A stretch of DNA of 62,894 nucleotides, counting the filler, from Nemertoderma westbladi (taxonomy: Eukaryota; Animalia; Xenacoelomorpha), in the NCBI GenBank assembly GCA_032718475.1. It is 3 parts of 3 records of this genome, joined end to end, with 100 filler letters (N's around TTAATTAATTAA, not from the genome) between each part and the next. Parts side by side here need not be neighbours in the genome. Positions count along the whole stretch, not along the records: positions 17,995 to 41,658 come from JAUCBJ010007665.1; positions 41,759 to 62,894 come from JAUCBJ010002680.1; 1 more part is not named here. One strand, written 5' to 3'. Below, one piece after another: positions 37,820 through 52,200 of the stretch. Position numbers and translations under genes: made by a program. Under the pieces are notes generated by a model that searched no databases, was not told the origin of the DNA, and worked only from the letters and a program-made list of their open reading frames with translations. The stretch's first letter is position 1. The number at the start of each line of letters is the position of its first letter.

Positions 37820-40800
37820 TACGTAAACTTTACCCCGAACTATCTATCATCACCTTTTGTACGTAAACTTTACCCCGAACTATCTATCATCACCTTTTGT
37901 ACGTAAACTTTACCCCGAACTATCTATCATAACCTTTTGTACGTAAACTTTACCCCGAACTATCTATCATAACCGTTTGTACGTAAACTTTACCCCGAAC
38001 TATCTATCATAACCTTTTGTACGAAAACTTTACCGAACTATCTATCATCACCTTTTGTACGTAAACTTTACCGAACTATCTATCATCACCTTTTGTACGT
38101 AAACTTTACCCCGAACTATCTATCATCACCTTTTGTACGTAAACTTTACCCCGAACTATCTATCATAACCTTTTGTACGTAAACTTTACCCCGAACTATC
38201 TATCATCACCTTTTGTACGTAAACTTTACCCCGAACTATCTATCATCACCTTTTGTACGTAAACTTTACCCCGAACTATCTATTATCACCTTTTGTACGT
38301 AAACTTTACCCCGAACTATCTATCATCACCTTTTGTACGTAAACTTTACCCCGAACTATCTATCATCACCTTTTGTACGTAAACTTTACCCCGAACTATC
38401 TATCATCACCTTTTGTACGTAAACTTTACCCCGAACTATCTATCATCACCTTTTGTACGTAAACTTTACCGAACTATCTATCATCACCTTTTGTACGTAA
38501 ACTTTACCCCGAACTATCTATCATCACCTTTTGTACGTAAACTTTACCCCGAACTATCTATCATCACCTTTTGTACGTAAACTTTACCCCGAACTATCTA
38601 TCATCACCTTTTGTACGTAAACTTTACCCCGAACTATCTATCATCACCTTTTGTACGTAAACTTTACCCCGAACTATCTATCATCACCTTTTGTACGTAA
38701 ACTTTACCCCGAACTATCTATCATAACCTTTTGTACGTAAACTTTACCCCGAACTATCTATCATCACCTTTTGTACGTAAACTTTACCCCGAACTATCTA
38801 TCATCACCTTTTGTACGTAAACTTTACCCCGAACTATCTATCATCACCTTTTGTACGTAAACTTTACCCCGAACTATCTATCATCACCTTTTGTACGTAA
38901 ACTTTACCGAACTATCTATCATCACCTTTTGTACGTAAACTTTACCCCGAACTATCTATCATCACCTTTTGTACGTAAACTTTACCGAACTATCTATCAT
39001 CACCTTTTGTACGTAAACTTTACCGAACTATCTATCATCACCCTTTGTACGTAAACTTTACCGAACTATCTATCATCACCTTTTGTACGTAAACTTTACC
39101 CCGAACTATCTATCATCACCTTTTGTACGTAAACTTTACCCCGAACTATCTATCATAACCTTTTGTACGTAAACTTTACCCCGAACTATCTATCATCACC
39201 TTTTGTACGTAAACTTTACCCCGAACTATCTATCATCACCTTTTGTACGTAAACTTTACCCCGAACTATCTATCATAACCTTTTGTACGTAAACTTTACC
39301 CCGAATTATCTATCATCACCTTTTGTACGTAAACTTTACCGAACTATCTATCATAACCTTTTGTACGTAAACTTTACCCCGAACTATCTATCATCACCTT
39401 TTGTACGTAAACTTTACCCCGAACTATCTATCATCACCTTTTGTACGTAAACTTTACCCCGAACTATCTATCATCACCTTTTGTACGTAAACTTTACCCC
39501 GAACTATCTATCATCACCTTTTGTACGTAAACTTTACCCCGAACTATCTATCATCACATTTTGTACGTAAACTTTACCGAACTATCTATCATCACCTTTT
39601 GTACGTAAACTTTACCCCGAACTATCTATCATCACCTTTTGTACGTAAACTTTACCCCGAACTATCTATCATCACCTTTGCACGTAAACTTTACCCCGAA
39701 CTATCTATCATCACCTTTTGTACGTAAACTTTACCCCGAACTATCTATCATCACCTTTTGTACGTAAACTTTACCCCGAACTATCTATCATCACCTTTTG
39801 TACGTAAACTTTACCCCGAACTATCTATCATCACCTTTTGTACGTAAACTTTACCCCGAACTATCTATCATTACCTTTTGTACGTAAACTTTACCCCGAA
39901 CTATCTATCATCACCTTTTGTACGTAAACTTTACCCCGAACTATCTATCATCACCTTTTGCACGTAAACTTTACCCCGAACTATCTATCATCACCTTTTG
40001 TACGTAAACTTTACCCCGAACTATCTATCATCACCTTTTGCACGTAAACTTTACCCCGAACTATCTATCATCACCTTTTGTACGTAAACTTTACCCCGAA
40101 CTATCTATCATCACCTTTTGCACGTAAACCTTACCCCGAACTATCTAACATAACCTTTTGTACGTAAACTTTACCCCGAACTATCTATCATCACATTTTG
40201 TACGTAAACTTTACCGAACTATCTATCATCACCTTTTGTACGTAAACTTTACCCTGAACTATCTATCATCACATTTTGTACGTAAACTTTACCGAACTAT
40301 CTATCATCACCTTTTGTACGTAAACTTTACCCCGAACTATCTATCATCACCTTTTGCACGTAAACCTTACCCCGAACTATCTAACATAACCTTTTGTACG
40401 TAAACTTTACCCCGAACTATCTATCATCACCTTTTGCACGTAAACCATACCCCGAACTATCTAACATAACCTTTTGTACGTAAACTTTACCCCGAACTAT
40501 CTATCATCACATTTTGTACGTAAACTTTACCGAACTATCTATCATCACCTTTTGTACGTAAACTTTACCCCGAACTATCTATCATCACCTTTTGTACGTA
40601 AACTTTACCCCGAACTATCTATCATCACCTTTTGTACGTAAACTTTACCCCGAACTATCTATCATCACCTTTTGCACGTAATCTTTACCCCGAACTATCT
40701 ATCATCACCTTTTGTACGTAAACTTTACCGAACTATCTATCATCACCGTTTGTACGTAAACTTTACCCCGAACTATCTATCATCACCGTTTGTACGTAAA

Positions 40801-41658
40801 CTTTACCCCGAACTATCTATCATCACCGTTTGTACGTAAACTTTACCCCGAACTATCTATCATCACCTTTTGTACGTAAACTTTACCCCGAACTATCTAT
40901 CATAACCTTTTGTACGTAAACGTTACCCCGAACTATCTATCATCACCTTTTGTACGTAAACTTTACCCCGAACTATCTATCATCACCGTTTGTACGTAAA
41001 CTTTACCCCGAACTATCTATCATCACCGTTTGTACGTAAACTTTACCCCGAACTATCTATCATCACCTTTTGTACGTAAACTTTACCCCGAACTATCTAT
41101 CATCACCTTTTGTACGTAAACTTTACCCCGAATTATCTATCATCACCTTTTGTACGTAAACTTTACCCCGAACTATCTATCATCACCTTTTGTACGTAAA
41201 CTTTACCCCGAACTATCTATCATCACCTTTTGTACGTAAACTTTACCCCGAACTATCTATCATCACCTTTTGTACGTAAACTTTACCCCGAACTATCTAT
41301 CATCACCTTTTGTACGTAAACTTTACCCCGAACTATCTATCATCACCGTTTGTACGTAAACTTTACCCCGAACTATCTATCATCACCGTTTGTACGTAAA
41401 CTTTACCCCGAACTATCTATCATCACCTTTTGCACGTAAACTTTACCCCGAACTATCTATCATCACCTTTTGTACGTAAACTTTACCCCGAACTATCTAT
41501 CATCACCGTTTGTACGTAAACTTTACCCCGAACTATCTATCATCACCTTTTGTACGTAAACTTTACCCCGAACTATCTATCATCACCTTTTGTACGTAAA
41601 CTTTACCCCGAACTATCTATCATCACCTTTTGTACGTAAACTTTACCCCGAACTATCT
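37820..41658. repeat. 40-bp tandem satellite (TACGTAAACTTTACCCCGAACTATCTATCATCACCTTTTG)n, ~96 copies, runs into the gap
   Basis: 40-bp periodicity is visible, with 38-bp (CC-deletion) and point-variant monomers. Confidence 0.99.
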
Positions 41659-41758
41659 NNNNNNNNNNNNNNNNNNNNNNNNNNNNNNNNNNNNNNNNNN
41701 NNTTAATTAATTAANNNNNNNNNNNNNNNNNNNNNNNNNNNNNNNNNNNNNNNNNNNN
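41659..41758. other. Artificial contig linker / gap
   Basis: N44-TTAATTAATTAA-N44. Confidence 0.98.
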
Positions 41759-42985
41759 TCATATTATAAATACGTGACTACAGTAAGATGAAATGTCGGT
41801 ACTTATTAAAGTACAATAAAGCTCCTACTATACTCAAGTATTATTGGTAAGTAGAGTATTAGGAATGCAAAGTTCAGATCCTTGTGTCTCGGCTAAACCA
41901 AGCTCTGGGTAGACCTTGGAAACGACTTGCCTCTTCTCACTGACATTGCTTCTTGCAATATTGCTCTCATACCGTATATTAAATAATACATATAGTAGCG
42001 TGATATCCCTTTAACAGTAGCGTAGAACGCAAAATAAATCTGTTAAACCCTTTGACCATCTGCAATTCTAGTCGATTAAGATATCGCGGCACCCACCGAT
42101 ATACTTGAAAGACAAAATTCTAGAATCAGTGGTTAACGTCCCCAGACATGTTCTGGAATAAAATTGTGTCTATTTTAATATTAAATAATAAAATTTACGG
42201 GAATAAATTTAAATTCATATCCTCTCATGAATTTGATAAATTGTTATTTTATACAATTTATAACATTCCCAAAATTCCATTAATTAATAGATCATGGGAG
42301 TGGAGATTCACCCTATTAAGTATATTAGTGTGCGAGAATCTCCAATATATAGTCAATAGCCGATAAAATTCATAAAATCATGTATAAAGGGGAATATTGA
42401 CAATTAAAGAATTACTATTAAATAGCATCCCAGATCTGTATGCATGAGAATTACCCTAATTCTACTGCTAGCTTTCCATAATGTCACCATAGCAACAACC
42501 ACGCTAGAATTAGAAGCGAGTTAAAAGAACAATAGAAAGCTTGCCCCATTGAATAGCATACGGAATAAATAGCACACTGCTAGTATCCAGGGATACATAA
42601 TAATAACGTGGCATTCTGGAAGGCACTTGACTAACGGACACATGGCCCGAATGTGTACAATTTGTGACAGTTGTGTGGAATTTGTGCGTTTATAGGTGAA
42701 TGTTACTACTAAAGTGTGTTTACAGTAGCGAGTCGCAGTTGTGAAAGTTACCCTGCCTCTGTAGCAAGAACCTGAAGTAATTCTGAGCCCTTGGGACGGA
42801 CAGTGGACTGACTCGCGCTGGTTATTGTTGTCGTTGTGTAGCTACTACGTTGGCGAGAGACACAGCGGCGACAGTACATCAGCGCTGAGGAGCTTGCGCT
42901 GTCCGGGGGCATTGAGGGGGAGGCAGCGACGACCGCTAGCCTAAATTATGATTAATTATAATATCGATAAACTCATATAGCAGCT

Positions 42986-45027
42986 ATGACTGAGTTGATA
43001 GAAGATGATCTTGGTATCAGGGGGCGATATACCCTACCCTTGCAAGCGTTTGTTGATAGTTTAATAAGCGGCGACGCTAGTCAACCTACTACGGAGGACG
43101 ATGGCCGTTATATCGAACCGCCAATGTCAAAGGAACAGCTCACGCGTGAATTGGACTATAGAAAATTCACCGCTCGCAATACGCATCGTAAGGGTACGTA
43201 TATGGACTTCTTAACTACTGGTCATCCTATCGATTTACATGATACGGACGATGTAGACACCGAAAGGGAAATGATCCTATTTAAATATCATACCCAGCGG
43301 AGTCGGAACGAAAAACTGAGAATCGAACACGAAAAATTCTATTCGAAATCGACTCGAAAGAGAAGACGTTGAAGAACCGGATAAACGCAGTGACTTCAAC
43401 GTATATTTGGAATTCTTGAGAGACACATTGTAAAACTGGAGAAAGATCACCCGCGTTTCCCCTACAAGACATGCGTCTTTAGTATTATTACGACGAATGC
43501 CCTAGACCCAACCAACAAACGGAAAGACATAAACATCCGCGGAGACGTTGTGCTAAACACAGTTTTACTCGCTATACTTACGGGAGTTTCGAGCGAAACT
43601 TGTTCGACGTATCACCTACGCTCGCTCGACTCAAACGATCCTTAAATAAACCGATGATCAGGGTTCCGGAGTACTCGGTCATACCTCCTCATTCCCTGGT
43701 GAGACCTTAGACTCTTGATCCCAATAGTATCACGGATCCTCCCGAACTGTACTCACTGTTCAAAGATCTAGTGTTACCTGAACAATTAATCGGTGGCACT
43801 CCGGTAGTGGGCTCTCTAGATATTCGCCCATCCTACCTAGCCGGATTGGGACGCGGACATTTAATATCGCCGTTTAACCCGTATAGTCGTCCCGGTTTAA
43901 CCCCAATACAACCCGTCACCGAATTCGAGGAGAGCGTTGTACGAAACGCGTTAGACGCTATTCGGCAAAAGATCGGAAAAGGAACTTACGATTGTTCAGA
44001 TAAATGTAAATTGCAGCAGCAAGTCCAAGCAGTAAAGGAATTAGCTTTACCTCAGTTCGATCGAGAAATCCAGAATCTCGAGGAGGACATCGAACTTGGA
44101 CGAACTTACTCTTTACAAGAGTTTTTAGATGAACGCTTCCAACGACAAGCGGAGGAAAATCAGCTCGAGGAGATGCACATCGAAATGGACGAGAGAGAAG
44201 AAGCAGCTTTAGCCCAGCCAGAAGCTCAAATCCTTATGACTGATCGCTATTCCAAAACCATTATTCATCCTTCAATGGTTCCCCATTTCGGAGACAAACT
44301 CTTCGCCACGGTACAACCCCAACCGGTTGATATCAACCTAAGATCTAGAGATCTTAACGCTGATGCTCCTATGTTACAACATCCGCCAACCGAGGCCGCT
44401 CGTGTCGACGGTATACTCGTTGAACCTCCGGACAATCGAGCGGATCTTGTCCGTCGTATTGGTACACGAGGTCAACCTACGCGCTAGACCTTTACCGAAC
44501 TCATTTTATGGGATCAAAGACCACCCTTATTATGTCAATTTAACTCAATATTATATGGCGAAACCGGAAGATCCTACATACAGTTTAAAGTTTCTACCAT
44601 TGATAAATTCCACGGTGACTTGTTCATAAACTCGTATCCAGAGCTATAAGAAGTTCATAGACAACCATATGAATATAAAGCCAGAGAACGCGAGTTGGAA
44701 AGAACCATCAAACCGAGGAAATTTCTCACTACTCACGGTCAACCTACCGCTCTCGTGCAAACGACCCGTCAGGGACCAGTAAGAGCTGCCATCCTGAAAT
44801 GAGCTCTAAAGGTTGTTCGACCTCGGTCCACTGAGGTTGATATCGATCAACCGGGTACCTTGACCGGCGGATACACCGACTGTAACCCTAAACCTTCCGA
44901 TGCAATTGTATTGCACCCCTTACCCAGGAGTTATAGCCTTCCTAGTAAAGTGGCTCGCCCCAAAGAGAAAAGGACTCTTGCTAGCCTCAAAAAACTTTGT
45001 AAACGCCGTTCACGTAAGAAGGACTAA
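42986..45027 (+). pseudogene. Decayed intron-less ORF of unknown family (~680 codons)
   Basis: ORFs 42986..43372 and 43771..44487 are protein-like. The second frame continues past isolated stops to a basic tail (...KKLCKRRSRKKD*) at 45027. Composition is uniformly coding-like against AT-rich flanks. Confidence 0.5.
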
Positions 45028-45811
45028 TTGTTTAGAGTATTTTTATATTTTAGAAACTGTGATTTTTTATATTTTATAGAATTAAATCCCTTTTTCTGGG
45101 AGCGGTGTAAAAGCTTTTGTGGACATAACAAGTCATTTTTCCCCGCAATGCACGGTGTAGGTGCTCTAGCGGACATAACAAGTCGTTTTTGCCGCAATGC
45201 GCATAATACTCTAAAAGATTGAGCTCAGATGACGAAATCTGTCAGCTGATTTCCTGTAGACGTGGAACCTCTTTGTTCTGCTCAGCCAATCAGAGCGATT
45301 TTCACTTTATGTTGAACAGGGGCCTATGGAAAACCGCGCAATGCATTACGGTCTTTGTTTACCTTTCTGAGCGAGAGAACCGGCTTAGAATTCTTCTGTG
45401 CTTCTGTTGTGGAAGTTTCAGACTTTGGCCTAAACATCTGATGGCTTTGATTACAAGAACGTAAAACTATTAACCTGGAGCACTATTTGCTTGTCATTCT
45501 ACAATTCAACATTGCTGCACATGGAACACTGCATAAGTAACACATAATGACTGTTCACCGCATTATTTGCTTCTGTTATTAATTGGTGTTATGTTAATGT
45601 ATATTGCTGATATATTTGGAGAATACCGATGAATAATCATAAAACCCCCAATCTTCTTGATTACTGAAGGTGAGAGGAACAGGTTTACCGGTAGCAACTG
45701 CGACTTACATTATAGTGGTTTTGTGTGAATTAAATGCTATTTCATAATCCCTACATGTGTCAGTTGCGATCCTCCTTATATATGATCAAATTCAGTGACG
45801 GTCGGCAGATC

Positions 45812-45890
45812 AGTGTGAAGTAGTGTGAAGTAGTGTGAAGTAGTGTGAAGTAGTGTGAAGTAGTGTGAAGTCGTGTGAAGTAGTGTGAAG
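45812..45890. repeat. 10-bp tandem repeat (AGTGTGAAGT)x8
   Basis: Directly visible, with one variant unit. Confidence 0.95.
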
Positions 45891-47898
45891 GTTAATAAAG
45901 CATCTCCTAAAGAATGCGCTTTTTACGAAACTCTTTGGCCATCTAGTTGTGATTAGTTTAAGTCATAACTCTGTTTTTATACTTAAAGCGCCACGTCCTA
46001 CAGGAACTGTTACTATTTCCCCGAAAGTGAATATATTGTCAGAGATTATATATTAACGATCAATCGAATAATACAGTAGGTCTACACTGCAATCACTAAC
46101 AAAGCATCCGAATCCAATCTCCCTTAACTGTGGGTGAATGGTCGCGCACAGACTGGCTTCGGCTGATGTAATTTCAGTACACTAAATAATTGATATAGGC
46201 TAAAGTCGATTTATAAACAAAAGGACAACTAAAATTGGCAGGTTAAACTGCTAAAGGTCTAAAAGCGCGAACAGATGGAGACAGATAGCCGGTGGGGTCG
46301 TACTCCGGGAGATTGCCGTCGCCCCGGAGAAACACAACCTGGTGAAATATACCACACACCGGGAGAGGGGTACAGAGTGTACCGGTACCAGGATGAAGAC
46401 AGGAGTGGGGATCGAAGAGAAACCTCCCGTCGGAACGTAGCTGCCGATCGAGTATATGGTAGTCGCGGGGAGGACTTCTCGGAATATTCACGAAGATTAA
46501 ACTTCGGTCCGGAAGGATACAGGCAGACTGCATGACATACTGTAGGCCTTACTGCACATACTATAGGCCATGCTGGGAGAGATAGTGTAGGCGATAGGGT
46601 AGCGTGAATGACGGGTTTAAACCCGGAGGTCACGACATACATACCGGTCGGTAAGCAAGGAGTGGATAGGCCTATACCGGTACCTGCACAGCAGTATGAC
46701 TATAACATATAATATATACCCAGGGGAGGGGGGAGGTATTGTCGATAGGTGCATGGGCCCCAACATGATAACATCAACCCCAGTACCAAACATAACACCG
46801 GTGGGGGGGGGGGGGGGGGGGGGCAGGGTGACATTCCCCCATTGCAGTATCAGCAATACACGCAGCCAAGAACAAAAACCCCAAACCCCTCAGACCCAAA
46901 TAAATCGTGCGACACGGAGATATGGAGGGGACCATTACCCCCGATGATATATCCAACACAAGGTAAGTCGACAGGCCCGAATGGTAAACCACACCCAACA
47001 GCAAGGGAGTCTGTATCTCTACCATCGAGCGCGCTAGAAGTACAAGCGATGGGAATGGCAACACTCATCGACGCGTTGAAGGCTAGGATCGAGCTGCCAC
47101 CAGTGGAGTCCTTCAAATTCGATGGTAGTAAGCCGGTGGAATATCTGCAATTCCGGCGCATGTACAGCAATGAAATCTTAATGAAGAATCTGACGCAGGC
47201 GGAGTGCCTTAAATACGTACAAGTCTACACAGGGGGGCCAGCATACGACATCGTGAGACAATACCAAGGTATTGAAGGAGGATTCACGACTGCATGGAGA
47301 GCCCTGGACAGGGAATAACATCAGGCAGACTCCAGGATAACCCTGTCAGCATTAAAACCTTTGCGAATAAAGTTGAAAAGGCGCTGATAGTATTAAAGAC
47401 TCTGGATGCTCCTTACGAACTCAATGCATCAAACAACATCACTACAATAGCGCAGGCACTACCGATCTGGCTGAGAATCACGTGGAGAAAGATCGCTTTC
47501 TCCACCCGGGAGAAGAAAGGTGAGGAGCCAGGGCTGGAGGAGATGTCGAACTTCCTTAACTATGAAGCAGAATTGATCACAGATCCAGTCTACAGCGAGG
47601 ACAGTTTGGGGAAGGCGCTGAAAGCTGAATACAACAGGCCTAAACCCGAACATAATCCGGCAGATGTATTTCCGAGATTGAGACAGTCGCTACAGCATGC
47701 TGCCATGCAGGGGACTTGTAGTCCACAAGCAGCTGGGAGTAGGGCCACACCGTGGCAGGGACCGAAACAAAACAACAACACAAACAAATACAATCCCAAT
47801 ACCCCCAGTAGGCCGAGTCCAAATAACCAAAACACTAAACCGGAAGACCATGGACTGTAAGCATTGGCAGGCGTTACTCAAACAAGATCAAACAAGAT

Positions 47899-49205
47899 GC
47901 ATTGTACTTGACACAATGTACCCGGCGTAGCATTCTTGTGAATGTGCCATCCAGAGATTTGGTGTCCTCAGCAGTTAGAGCCCAGCATGGACTCCCGTAG
48001 AGGAGTACTGGAAATACTGCTGCTCTAAATAATCGGACCTTAAGTTTCCGATTAATTCTAGGTGACTTCCAAATCCTGGAAAGCCTATTCAAGGCTGCCC
48101 ATGCCTTTCCCTTACGTATTCGAAGGTCCTCACCTGACTTCTGGATCCATGATCCCAGGTAACAGAAGTCGTCCACATGCCCAAGCATACCATCCTTTGA
48201 GCTTATGCTCATCCGATCAGAGACTTGCTGAGGACTTTCAAAGTTAACTGTCAGAATTTTGGTCTTTCTGGAGTTAATAAAAAGACCAACACTAGAAGCA
48301 GCATGTTCTAATGAGCTGAGGAGCCGCTGGGCTCCCTCTAATGATTCTGAGAGTACTCCTAAGTCATCAGCAAAGTCTAGATCAGTTAGGTACTTGGCAG
48401 GATTTCCTCGACTTCTGGAGCCAGTAGGTGGAGTTATCATCACCCCATCATCATTATAATGATCTAAGGACATGCGTAGAACATAGTCAACCACAATAAT
48501 GAACAAGAATGGTGCAAGTGTGTCTCCTTGGAGGATGCCCCATAACACTTCAAATGGTTCTGTGTCACCGTCAACAGTAGACACAAATGTTGTCGAACCA
48601 TCGTATACTGATCTGATTGCTGCAATAATTTCATCAGGAATCCCATATAATGAAAGTATGCTGAACATACGTGAGCGAGAGACTGAATCAAAGGCCTTGA
48701 AGAAGTCAACAAAGATAACAGCCAGATGCCTGTCTTTCTTTTTTGATAACTCTTCAATTATCCTTCTAAGTGCCAAAATGGGCTCCATGGTCCCACGACC
48801 TTTACGGAACCCATTCTGATTTCCACGTAGCAGTCTCTCAATGGGATCCCTGATGCGATTTAATAGAATTCTATTGTATAGTTTTGCAGCAATCGAGATC
48901 AATGAGATTCCCCGAAAAGAACCATAGAGTGTTAGGTTGCCCTTCTTGGGAACTGGCACCAACTTATTTGTTTTCATTTCTTGTGGGACTCTTGTTGTTC
49001 GGTACATGTCTACTATGATGGGATAGATGAGCTTTAAACACTCAGGTATTTTAAAGACCTCAGGGGGAACACCATCTACTCCACTGGCACGATTGGTCTT
49101 AATGCTCTTTGCAGCAGCCTTCACTTCTGCAAAGGAGATATCGCCAATGGGAATATCTGGGAGTACAGACTCAGACACTTTTACTTCTATAAAGTTATCA
49201 AAAGC
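47899..49205 (-). mobile_element. RTE-clade-like LINE RT fragment nested antisense in BEL gag
   Basis: A stop-free 434-aa ORF (47874..49178) with RASGVDG, PKKGNL..FRGISLIS, NQNGFRKGR, FVDFFKAFDSV, GILQGDTLAPFLF, LDFADD, FCYLGS and LLYG. Confidence 0.92.
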
Positions 49206-52200
49206 CTACGCTGATAAGAATGGACTATGTCACCGATGCGTGGTAGGAGGACACTGGAAGGATGAATGCCAGGAACCACCGATAGAATACGACGAGACTG
49301 ATGAGATTGGAGGCCAAACCATGGCAACGATCACGATGGGAGCAAGGACGAAGAGGACAGTACTACTCGGGGTAGTACCACTGAAAATAATAGGAGAAGA
49401 TGGGCTATCGGTTACGGCACTCATGTTGGTAGATAGTGGAGCAGCATTCACACTAACGGAGAGTTGGGTGGCCGAAAAGATAGGGTTACGGACGAGGCCT
49501 AGCAAGATGGCGGTAACCACTATCTCCAGTAAGGACAAGGTCATGAGAATGAGAACGGGGCATTGCGAGATAGCAGCGATAACACCAGGGTGCAATTTTG
49601 GGGCTACCATCGAACCCATTCAAATAATAGAAACGATTAATATTAATACCAGGCGACCCACAAAGATTGAGGTTGAGCAATATCGGTACCTGGATAACAT
49701 CGATTTCTCCGTACCCGAATTGGACATCCCGAAAGTATCTCTCATAGTCGGCATGGACTGCCTGACAGCCCATGGTAGACTTCAGACCATATTCGGCGAT
49801 GACTGGGAGCGAAACCCGATCGCCATTCTCACACCATTTGGATGGATGCTCACTGGCCCAATTAAGACGAGGACACCGTTTGGTGTGTCCAAGACATCAG
49901 GGTGCATGCTGTCCGGTGCTGTTGAGGACATAGAGGAGAAACCAAAGACGGGCGATGGGGAGGTCCCATATGGGAAGCGGCCCGAGGGAGGAGTCGGGGA
50001 TGGGTATGGATCTGGAACCACGCATAGTGGAGCATGGTGAAAGGGTGGAGGATAAGTCCAGAGAAATACTGCTGATAGATAAGTCAGGAGGAGAAGCAAC
50101 AGCAAGAGAGTGGGCGGAGGAGAAGGGGTTCGGCGCAGAGGACGTAGAGGCGATGGGATGGAACATAGATGTTCCTGGCGAGTATCGGTATGAGGATGGA
50201 GAAGAGTGGATGGAGAGATATCCAGAGAGATGTCCGGAACAGACGCCTGTCCAGTTGAGGAGCATACCGATGGGGAGGAGGTCGAGTAGGAGCATAGGGT
50301 GGAAGGGGAGATGATGTGGGAGGACTAGGCCAAGGGCGTAGAAGCTGATGATGAAGCGTGACAAGGGAGACAGATGAGTTGGAGTATCAACTAAGTCAAG
50401 AGGGTGCCGAGATCCATACAAAACGAGGCTATGTGTTGTATATAGCAAGGATATACGACCCCCTAGGCCTGGCATCCCCGTTGTTAGTCATGGGGAAACA
50501 AATACTGAAGAAGGTGTATAAGTTGAAGGATGATTGGGATGCGGAGATCCCTGAGGATATAAGTAGACAGTGGAACAAGTGGACGGGGAGCCTAGAGGAG
50601 ATGGGGACGTACAGTATGCCACGTGTGTACTTCCCGGACGGAGACATGACCAATCTGGACCTACATATGTTTTCCGACGCATCCTTGGAAGCATATGGAG
50701 CGGCACTTTATTTGGTACAGTGAAAGGGGGCTCATAAGCCCAGGCTTGCGTTTAGTAAAGCGAAGTCGACGCCACCAGATTCAGCATTGGTGCCAAAACT
50801 CAAGCTAACGGCTGCGAGATTAGGAGTAAGGGCGACAGCATACTTAATGGACACCATGCCCAATATAGTAGAGACCCACTACTGGACGGATTCCATTGTA
50901 GTGTTAGGATGGCTACACAACGAGAAGATCTATATTACCCTATATTTGTGGTGAACAGGGTAGATGAGATAAGGGCAATGACCGATCTGGAGAAGTGGCA
51001 CTACTGCCCAACCGACGACATTCCAGCAGATCTGCTATCGAGGGGCTTTGTACACCACTCTTTCTCGAGAAAGCAGGAGTTGTAGCAGCATGGGCCGCAC
51101 TTTCTTAACGATAGGTTGAGTTGGCCACCAATGAGGAAGGTAGACCCAGGTACGGAGGAAGTAGCAGTAGAAGAGGAGGGAGAGGAGTCGGAGGGGGAAG
51201 AGATATACAGCCAATTGGCGAGGGAGATTAAGGAGACGCCACCGAAACTGAGAGAACCATGCGTCAACCCAACGGATAGGTTGCTCAGTTACAGCTCCAG
51301 CTGGTATAAGACTAAGAAGTTGGTAGCATATTTGAGGGCCTACAGGGATTTCATCAGGGGAGTTGGTAAGTATACCAAAACGAGACCCATTATCGATCTG
51401 GAAGGGGGGGGCCAAAGCCGTGATACGATACGAGCAAAGGAAGGGTTACGCAGACGAAGTGAACATAGTCAGCAAGCAACAGCGCCTTCATCAAGACAGT
51501 GAACTCAATGCGCTTTCGCCGCAGTTGAACGATGATGGGATCCTGGTGATGAATTCCAGGGTGGTAAACAACAACAGCCCAGTCATTCCACCAAAACCTA
51601 TAATAATCCCCAATAAGTCACCAATAGTCCACCAGATCATATGGGATTCCCATAAATCGATACTACATGGAGGTACCAATCAGACCCTGATGGAGATACG
51701 GAAGACGTTCTGGGTTATCCAACTCAGGAAGATGGTAAAGGCAGTAGTGGGGCAGTGCCAGACCTGTCGATTGACGAAGAAAGAGAGGGCCGTACAGGAG
51801 ATGGCGCCATTACCGGCCAATAGGGTGAGGCATCACGACCCACCATTTACACACTGCGGCGTGGACATGTTTGGGACGATTAAGATAAAGGTGATGCGGC
51901 ATACAGAGAAACGCTATGGCATTATCTTTGTCTGCAATGACATGAGGGCGGTGGGAATAGAACTTGCCCAGGACGCTACGGCGTCGGCATTTATTAATGC
52001 TTTAGAGAGGTTTGTAACTCGCAGGGGAGGGACGGTAGAGGTGTTATATTCAGATAACGGGACTAACTTCGTGGGTGTGGAGAACGAGTTAGCCGAAGCT
52101 CTCGACATCCTGGGGGGAGATGATGTCAGGGCGGTGATGAGGAAACACCTTATAAGGTGGGAGAGGAGAACACCATACGCGCCACATACATAAGGGTGTG

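Noticed and set aside
37820-41658. CRISPR-like array (also considered for the 17-bp and 70-bp arrays)
   Set aside because: The units are head-to-tail with no unique spacers, there are no cas genes, and the context is eukaryotic.
43373-44800. Alternative genetic code (TAA/TAG read as Gln) to rescue the unknown ORF
   Set aside because: Neighbouring genes end in TAA/TAG, frameshifts and a TGA are also needed, and ordinary decay explains it.
46243-46247. TTAAA as a left TSD matching TTAAA after the BEL LTR (54722-54726)
   Set aside because: No 5' LTR or TG start follows it, and the 5-mer is very common in this AT-rich DNA.
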